A stretch of DNA of 17,417 bases, taken from an uncultured Gemmatimonadota bacterium. Its GTDB lineage: Bacteria > SM23-81. The notes beneath the pieces are model-generated. The model did no database searches, was not told the origin of the DNA, and saw only the letters and a list, made by a program, of their open reading frames with translations. The position numbers and the translations under genes were made by a program. Location: the NCBI GenBank assembly GCA_964584035.1, contig CAZOYL010000049.1, positions 1-17,417 of the forward strand, given 5' to 3'. Below are positions 11,418 through 17,417 of this stretch, piece by piece. Each line of letters begins with the position of its first letter. Position 1 is the first letter of the stretch.

Positions 11418-12143
11418 ATGACCTGTTTGCGTGCCAGTGAACTGGTGAAGATCTACCATAAACGGAGAGTGGTCGACGGCGTCAATCTGGAGGTCCGGCA
11501 GGGAGAGATCGTCGGACTCCTGGGACCCAACGGAGCCGGCAAGACGACCACCTTCTATATGATCGTGGGCATGATCCATCCCAACGATGGCCAGGTCTTC
11601 ATCGACGACGAGGAGATCACCGATCAGCCCATGTATCAGCGGGCTCGCAGGGGTATCGGATACCTTTCACAGGAACCATCGGTCTTTCGAAAGCTGTCGG
11701 TCAGTGACAACATCATGGCCATCCTGGAGACGCTTGATCTCTCCGCCGGCGAACGGGACAAACGGCTGGCCGCCCTTCTGGACGAGCTGGATCTGACGCC
11801 CCTGGCGCGCCACAAAGCCTACACCCTGTCCGGAGGCGAACGCCGGCGGGTGGAGCTGACCCGGGCTCTGGTGACCAATCCCAAGTTCGTGCTGCTGGAC
11901 GAGCCCTTCGTGGGCATCGACCCCATCGCCGTGGAGGAGATTCAGCGGATCGTCGCCCAGTTGAGGGAAAAGGGCCTGGGAGTGCTGATCACCGATCACA
12001 ACGTCCGGGAAACCCTGCAGATCACCGACCATGCCTACATCATCTGCGACGGGAAAATACTCAAAGCCGGCACCGCTCAGTTTCTGGCCAATGACGCCGA
12101 GGCTCGGAAGATCTATCTCGGCGAGAGATTTCGTCTGGACTGA
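11418..12143 (+). CDS. lptB: LPS export ABC transporter ATP-binding protein
   Basis: GLLGPNGAGKTTTFYMIVG, LSGGERRRVE, LDEPF, ITDHNVRETL, YLGERF. Confidence 0.96.
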   Translation: MTCLRASELVKIYHKRRVVDGVNLEVRQGEIVGLLGPNGAGKTTTFYMIVGMIHPNDGQVFIDDEEITDQPMYQRARRGIGYLSQEPSVFRKLSVSDNIMAILETLDLSAGERDKRLAALLDELDLTPLARHKAYTLSGGERRRVELTRALVTNPKFVLLDEPFVGIDPIAVEEIQRIVAQLREKGLGVLITDHNVRETLQITDHAYIICDGKILKAGTAQFLANDAEARKIYLGERFRLD

Positions 12144-12215
12144 TTTCGACTCGGTGGATTTCGTCCCGGCTGATTTCGCAAAGATCGATGTTGACTCGTT
12201 CGATTTAACCCGAAT
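12127..12215 (+). repeat. 15-bp-period degenerate tandem repeat between lptB and rpoN
   Basis: GATTTCG at 12127, 12142, 12157 and 12172, followed by degenerate in-register units GATGTTG (12187) and GATTTAA (12202). Confidence 0.75.
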
Positions 12216-12254
12216 GATTTTTAATATGATGAATTCCATATGGATTGAGCGATC

Positions 12255-13679
12255 ATGAAACTCACTCTTCAAGCAAAGCTTCAGCAAATTTTAGCGCCGC
12301 AGCTGATCCAGTCCCTGCAGCTGCTGCAGGTACCGGTTCTGGAGCTGGAGCAGATCCTGAAACATGAGCTGCAGGTGAATCCTCTCCTGGAGGAGGTTGA
12401 AGAGCTGGAGGAAGAGGAAAAGGAAGAGGAAGAAGAGGAGAAAAAGGAGGAAGAGAAGGAAGAGAAGGAGGAAGAGGAACCGAAGGATACCGATTCGATC
12501 GAGGATAAGATCGATTGGGATGATTATCTCCAGGATGGCTATGACGGCGGATATAACGTCAAGGCCGAGACGGACAATGAAGATCTTCCCGAACGAGTCC
12601 CGGTGTCGCGGATGACCTTCTCGGATCACCTCCTCTCTCAGCTGCACCTCACCAACCTCGACGATGAAGAGGTCCAGATCGGTGAATTCATCGTCGGCAA
12701 CATCAATGAGCGCGGATATCTCACCCTGCCGCTGGAAGAGATCGCCCGTGTTGTAGATCAGCCGGAGGAGAAGTGCCTGCACGTGCTGAACATCATTCAG
12801 ACCTTCGAGCCGGTCGGCGTGGGGGCCAGGGATCTGCGCGAGTCGCTCCTGATACAACTTCGGGAGTGGAACATCGATGATCCGGTGGCCCAGGCTCTGG
12901 TCGAACATCATCTGGAGGAGATCGATAAGAAAAGCATCTCCCAGCTGGCCAAAGCCCTGAAGGTCAGTCCGGCGCAGGTACAGGAAGCAATGGAGCGGAT
13001 CAGCAGCCTGTCGCCGAATCCGGGTTTCGGATACGTGTCCTCAGATCCCGAGGTGGTGGTTCCCGATCTGCTGGTCGATAAAGTCGACGATCAGTATGTG
13101 GCCGTCCTCAACGATCGCAGCATCCCCCGACTCCGGATCAGCCCGCTATATCGATCCCTCCTGACTCAGTCCGATCATACCAATACCGAGACGAAGGATT
13201 ACATCAAAGACAAGCTCAATGCCGCCCGGTGGCTGATCAAGTCCATCGATCAGCGGCGTTCCACCATGCTGAAGGTGATGAATTATCTGATTTATGCGCA
13301 GCGGCAGTTCTTCGACAAGGGCATATCCGAGATGAAGCCGATGACGCTTCAGGAGGTGGCCGAGGCCACGGGTCTGCATATCTCCACCATCAGCCGGGTG
13401 GTGAACAATAAATATGTTCAAACCCCCAGAGGTATTTTCGAGCTGAAGTATTTCTTCGGCTCAAAAGTGGAATCGACCGATGGCGAGGAGATCTCCTCTA
13501 AGAGCGTCAGGGACAAGATCAACAACCTCGTGGCGAAAGAGGACCCCTGTAAGCCTCTCAGCGATCAGAAGATCACCAATCTGCTCAAGGCCGATGGGCT
13601 GCAGGTGGCCCGGCGTACGGTGGCCAAGTACCGTGAGCAGCTGAAGATCATGCCGGCCCGTTTTCGAAAAAGAGTATGA
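12255..13679 (+). CDS. rpoN: RNA polymerase sigma-54 factor
   Basis: Gln/Leu-rich region I, NPLLE, acidic region II, HTH HISTISRV, LSDQKI and RpoN box ARRTVAKYRE. Confidence 0.97.
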   Translation: MKLTLQAKLQQILAPQLIQSLQLLQVPVLELEQILKHELQVNPLLEEVEELEEEEKEEEEEEKKEEEKEEKEEEEPKDTDSIEDKIDWDDYLQDGYDGGYNVKAETDNEDLPERVPVSRMTFSDHLLSQLHLTNLDDEEVQIGEFIVGNINERGYLTLPLEEIARVVDQPEEKCLHVLNIIQTFEPVGVGARDLRESLLIQLREWNIDDPVAQALVEHHLEEIDKKSISQLAKALKVSPAQVQEAMERISSLSPNPGFGYVSSDPEVVVPDLLVDKVDDQYVAVLNDRSIPRLRISPLYRSLLTQSDHTNTETKDYIKDKLNAARWLIKSIDQRRSTMLKVMNYLIYAQRQFFDKGISEMKPMTLQEVAEATGLHISTISRVVNNKYVQTPRGIFELKYFFGSKVESTDGEEISSKSVRDKINNLVAKEDPCKPLSDQKITNLLKADGLQVARRTVAKYREQLKIMPARFRKRV

Positions 13680-14719
13680 ATATGGCTCATCGCCCCGTGA
13701 CGCACGGACAGGCGAAGCGCAGACAGATCCCGGAAGCACCGCTACGGCTGCCGGACTGGTTTACCCGGCCGATCCTTGCCAACAGGAATACCCGCCAGAT
13801 CACCACCCTTCTCCGCCGCCTCAGGCTGAATACCGTTTGCGAACAAGCCCGTTGCCCCAACAAAGGGGAATGTTTTTCCAAAGGCACGGCCACTTTTATG
13901 ATCCTGGGGACGGTCTGTACCCGCCATTGCCGTTTCTGCGCCGTAAGCGCAGGGACGCTTGCTCCGGTGGACGGCGATGAGCCGGAACGCCTGGCTCGGG
14001 CGGCCGGGGCCATGGCGCTTCGTTACGTGGTGGTCACCTCCGTGACCCGGGATGATCTGCCCGCCGGGGGAGCGGAACAATTTGCCGCCGTCATTCGGGC
14101 TCTGCGCCGCCTTTCGCCGGCACCCCGGGTGGAGGTGCTCGTTCCGGATTTTGCAGGGAACCAAAAGGCCCTGGCCATCGTCTTAAATGAGGCCCCCGAC
14201 GTCTTCAACCACAACATCGAGACGGTGCCTCGTCTCTATCGCCGCTTGCGGCCCGGGGCGCAATACCGCCGGTCTCTCGACCTCCTGCGCCGGGCCAAAG
14301 AGCACCATCGGGCGATCGTGACCAAGTCCGGAATCATGGTCGGTCTGGGCGAAAGGCCGGATGAGGTGCGTGCCGTCATCAGAGATCTGCACCGGGCCGG
14401 CTGTGACATCCTGACCATCGGGCAGTATCTGTCTCCGTCGCCGGATCACGAACCCGTCAAAGCATTCGTTACCCCGGAAACCTTTCAGCGATATGATCGC
14501 TTAGCCAGGGAGGAGGGCTTTCGATATGTCTCTGCATCCCCGCTGACCAGGAGTTCCTATCAGGCTGCCGATCTGTTCCGCCGGAGCACGTTGAATGATC
14601 ACTTCCAGAGGAGGACAAGAGATGAGGATGAACATCACTGCCAGGCATTTCGAGATCGATCGGGCGCTGGAAGAACATGTTCACGAGCGTCTCATGACAC
14701 TGAAGAAATATTTCGATAA
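13676..14719 (+). CDS. lipA: Lipoyl synthase (radical SAM)
   Basis: CEQARCPNKGEC (CX4CX5C), CTRHCRFC (CX3CX2C), VTSVTRDDL, NHNIETV, KSGIMVGLGE, IGQYL and RSSY. Confidence 0.95.
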   Translation: MNMAHRPVTHGQAKRRQIPEAPLRLPDWFTRPILANRNTRQITTLLRRLRLNTVCEQARCPNKGECFSKGTATFMILGTVCTRHCRFCAVSAGTLAPVDGDEPERLARAAGAMALRYVVVTSVTRDDLPAGGAEQFAAVIRALRRLSPAPRVEVLVPDFAGNQKALAIVLNEAPDVFNHNIETVPRLYRRLRPGAQYRRSLDLLRRAKEHHRAIVTKSGIMVGLGERPDEVRAVIRDLHRAGCDILTIGQYLSPSPDHEPVKAFVTPETFQRYDRLAREEGFRYVSASPLTRSSYQAADLFRRSTLNDHFQRRTRDEDEHHCQAFRDRSGAGRTCSRASHDTEEIFR

Positions 14720-15008
14720 GGTCATCGACGCCCACGTCATCCTCTCGGTGGAGAAATATCGCCATAGTGCCGAGATCACCCTGACCGTCTCCGGACTCAC
14801 CATGGCCAGTAAGGAGGAGTCCGAGAATATGCACATGTCCATCGATCGCGCGGTGAGCAAACTGGAGCGTCAGGTGAAGCGGTACAAGGCCAAATTGACC
14901 AACCACAAGGTGAGAAAGCCCGAACCGGAGATCGTTGCGGTGGAGGAGGCGGACGATTTCCCGGAGTTTGTCGAAGCCGAGGAGGAAGAGGGTTCATGGC
15001 AGGGCTGA
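14622..15008 (+). CDS. hpf: Ribosome hibernation promoting factor / RaiA (short form with acidic tail)
   Basis: ATG 14622 lies 7 nt after AGGAGG. Sequence MRMNITARHFEI...AEIT...SIDRAVSKLERQVKRYKAKL. It is in the typical rpoN-linked position. Confidence 0.92.
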   Translation: MRMNITARHFEIDRALEEHVHERLMTLKKYFDKVIDAHVILSVEKYRHSAEITLTVSGLTMASKEESENMHMSIDRAVSKLERQVKRYKAKLTNHKVRKPEPEIVAVEEADDFPEFVEAEEEEGSWQG

Positions 15009-15982
15009 CCGTTGCCGAGCTGTACAAGGAAAAAAAGGATTCTCTGGAGCTGTTCGTCGCCGGCCAGCGGGCCGGATTGAAGAAAACGGTCGACGAGAAC
15101 GGGATCGACCGGCCGGGGCTGGCCCTGGCCGGATTCACCGACCGGTTCTCATACCGGCGGGTTCAGGTTCTGGGAGAGACCGAGCTGGTATACCTCAACT
15201 CGCTGTCTCCGGAAGGGCGGAACGCCTCGGTGGAAGGGATGTTGAGCTTCGACATTCCCTGCATCTTCGTCACCAAGGGGCAGGCCGTCCCCCGGGAGCT
15301 GCTGGAGGTGGCCGACAGCAAGAAGACGGCGGTGATAGTCAGCAAATTGAGCACCACCGAGTTCATCAAGCGGCTGGACATCTATCTCGACGGGCACTTC
15401 GCGCCCAGCACCACCGTTCACGGCACGATGGTGGACGTCTACGGCGTTGGTCTGCTCTATACCGGCAAGAGCGGCATCGGCAAGAGTGAGTGCGCCCTGG
15501 ACCTAGTGGAGCGCGGCCATCGTCTGGTGGCCGATGACATGGTCAAGATCATCCGGCGATCTCCCCAGATCGTCACCGCCTCAGGGGACGATCTGCTGGG
15601 TTATCATATGGAGATCCGCGGGGTGGGCATCATCGATATCGAGAAGCTGTTCGGCATCAGGGCCATCAGGCTGCAGAAGCGTATCGAGGTGGAGGTTCGC
15701 CTGGTCTACTGGGAAGATCAGGATTCCTACGAACGGCTGGGCCTGGAGGACCATTTCACCCAAATTCTCGGGGTGGAGATTCCTCTGGTGACCATTCCCA
15801 TCTCTCCGGGGAAGAATATCACCGTCATCTCCGAGGTTATCGCCATGAATCACATGCTCAAGGTGTTCGGCACCAATCCGGCCCTGGAGTTCCAGCAGCG
15901 TCTGACCGAAGCCATCCGTCAGAAAAAGGGCGGGCAGCCTCTCAAGAACCATCTGTTTCACATCGAGGGAGACTTCGAATGA
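14996..15982 (+). CDS. hprK: HPr(Ser) kinase/phosphorylase
   Basis: N-terminal RPGLALAGF and RVQVLGETE, Walker A GKSGIGKSE, LVADD, MEIRGVGIID, PGKN. Confidence 0.96.
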   Translation: MAGLTVAELYKEKKDSLELFVAGQRAGLKKTVDENGIDRPGLALAGFTDRFSYRRVQVLGETELVYLNSLSPEGRNASVEGMLSFDIPCIFVTKGQAVPRELLEVADSKKTAVIVSKLSTTEFIKRLDIYLDGHFAPSTTVHGTMVDVYGVGLLYTGKSGIGKSECALDLVERGHRLVADDMVKIIRRSPQIVTASGDDLLGYHMEIRGVGIIDIEKLFGIRAIRLQKRIEVEVRLVYWEDQDSYERLGLEDHFTQILGVEIPLVTIPISPGKNITVISEVIAMNHMLKVFGTNPALEFQQRLTEAIRQKKGGQPLKNHLFHIEGDFE

Positions 15983-15992
15983 GGGCGCATTC

Positions 15993-16949
15993 ATGGCGTT
16001 GAGGAGCATGGAGACCAGAGTCGGTCTGGTGGTGCTGGCGGCTTTGGCGGTTTTTGTGGTCAGCCTGTTATGGGTCAAGGATTTTCGCCTGAACCAGGAC
16101 CGCTACGAGCTGCGCATTGTGTTTCCCACCGTGGGCGGGCTGACCGAGGGCGATCCGGTCCAGGTGGCCGGCGTGCAGAAGGGCCGAGTGACCTCGATCC
16201 GCCTGCTGCCGCAGGGTGTCGAGGTGACCATCTCGCTGGAAGGAGACGTCCGGCTGCCGGCCGGCTCCGGGTTTTCGATCCAGAACATGGGACTGATGGG
16301 CGAGAAGTTCGTGGCCATCGAGCCCGACCTCGGTTCGCGCCCCCCGCCGACCGGAGGAGATTCGGCCGGGGCGGAACCGCCTGAAACGGCACCGTCCGAT
16401 ATCATCCAGCCCGGCCAGGCCTTGGCCGGCCAATATCGGGGGGGCATGTCCGAGGTGCTGGGGGAGGTGGAGGAGTTGCTCGGGTTGGTTCAGGGACTGG
16501 CCGCCACCTTTCATGAGACGATCGGCAATCCCCAGGCCAGGGCCTCGATCCAGGAGAGCCTGGAGAACGTCCGCCGGTTCAGCCAGGTACTGGCCGACCT
16601 GATGGACGAGCAGGGCGGCGAGCTGTCGCTGGCCCTCAGGGATCTGCGCACCGCCTCGGAAGGCTTCCGCGAGCTGGTGCAGGACAACCGCACCCAGGTG
16701 GATTCCACCCTTGATCAGTTCTACCGGGCCTCGATGGATCTGGAGCAGTTGACCGGGCAGCTCACCGAAGTATCATCCACCTTCAAGAGGCTGGCCGACA
16801 AGGTCGAACGGGGCGAGGGCGCGCTGGGAGAATTCGTCGCCGACGAGACCCTCTACCGGGACATCAAGAAAACGGTCCGGAATCTGGATGAGCTGATCGA
16901 GGAGATCAAGAAGAACCCCCAAAAATATCTGCGACTGGAGATCTTCTGA
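15993..16949 (+). CDS. MlaD/MCE-family protein
   Basis: N-terminal TM helix, MCE motifs GGLTEGDPVQVAGVQKGRV and GLMGEKFVAI, a helical C-terminal region, and the GALG...DETLY...IKKNPQKY tail. Confidence 0.9.
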   Translation: MALRSMETRVGLVVLAALAVFVVSLLWVKDFRLNQDRYELRIVFPTVGGLTEGDPVQVAGVQKGRVTSIRLLPQGVEVTISLEGDVRLPAGSGFSIQNMGLMGEKFVAIEPDLGSRPPPTGGDSAGAEPPETAPSDIIQPGQALAGQYRGGMSEVLGEVEELLGLVQGLAATFHETIGNPQARASIQESLENVRRFSQVLADLMDEQGGELSLALRDLRTASEGFRELVQDNRTQVDSTLDQFYRASMDLEQLTGQLTEVSSTFKRLADKVERGEGALGEFVADETLYRDIKKTVRNLDELIEEIKKNPQKYLRLEIF

Positions 16950-16950
16950 G

Positions 16951-17417
16951 ATGACCAAAACGATCACCCTGGCCATGGGGATCCATAATCACCAGCCGGT
17001 GGGGAATTTCGATTTCGTCTTTGAGGACGCTTATCAGAAATCCTACCGGCCTTTCTTAGAGGTTCTGGAGCGGCACCCCGGGGTCCGGCTGGCCCTGCAC
17101 TACACCGGCCCGCTGCTGCAGTGGCTGCACCGGCACCATCCCGAGATCGTCCGCCAGATCCGGGGAATGGTGGCCCGGGGGCAGGTGGAGATGCTCACCG
17201 GCGGGCTGTACGAGCCCATCTTCTCGATCATTCCCGACCGTGACAAGCACGATCAGATCCGCGGGCTGACCCGCCTGGTGCACCGCCGCACCGGGTATCG
17301 GGCCGAGGGCATGTGGATGGCCGAGCGCGTCTGGGAGCCGCATCTGCCCCTGGCCCTGTCCCGGGCCGGAGTGAAATACGTCATCCTGGACGACTCCCAT
17401 TTCAAGTATGCCGGCCT
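16951..17417 (+). CDS. GH57 alpha-amylase / 4-alpha-glucanotransferase, 3' end beyond the window
   Basis: Manual translation: MTKTITLAMGIHNHQPVGNFDFVFEDAYQKSYRPFL...LHYTGPLL...VEMLTGGLYEPI...GMWMAERVWEP...LDDSHF. It has the GH57 HxHQP motif and the nucleophile Glu in W-x-x-ERVW. Not in the ORF track. Confidence 0.92.
   Translation, partial: MTKTITLAMGIHNHQPVGNFDFVFEDAYQKSYRPFLEVLERHPGVRLALHYTGPLLQWLHRHHPEIVRQIRGMVARGQVEMLTGGLYEPIFSIIPDRDKHDQIRGLTRLVHRRTGYRAEGMWMAERVWEPHLPLALSRAGVKYVILDDSHFKYAG

Noticed and set aside
12127..12215. CRISPR array
   Set aside because: The 15-bp period is far too short, there are no spacers of appropriate length, and no cas genes.

Overview
GC-rich bacterial chromosomal window of mostly core envelope and housekeeping genes, with no mobile element, CRISPR array, tRNA or rRNA seen. 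Left to right: a secreted, divergent GH13 glycoside hydrolase (minus strand, runs off the left edge and is missing from the ORF track); a divergent promoter region containing an AT-rich block; a stand-alone STAS anti-sigma-factor antagonist; PcrA/UvrD helicase; a ~190-nt promoter-to-terminator structured non-coding segment; then a tightly packed run kdsB-pyrG-kdsA-kdsC-kdsD-lpxL-like-lptC-lptB-rpoN-lipA-hpf-hprK-mlaD-like-GH57 (runs off the right edge). The Kdo, lipid A and Lpt genes indicate an LPS-producing diderm. The most unusual signals are: (1) a candidate attenuator/riboswitch or ncRNA with a possible antiterminator directly ahead of kdsB-pyrG; (2) apparent non-canonical starts for pyrG (CUG) and kdsC (AUC or CUG), each behind a strong Shine-Dalgarno; (3) a 15-bp-period repeat before rpoN that reads as a pentapeptide repeat; (4) no lptA, and a lipoprotein-type LptC; (5) lipA sitting between rpoN and hpf with a 98-nt overlap; (6) altered substrate-binding motifs in the GH13. 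All calls come from manual reading and motif recall; no database search or folding program was run.
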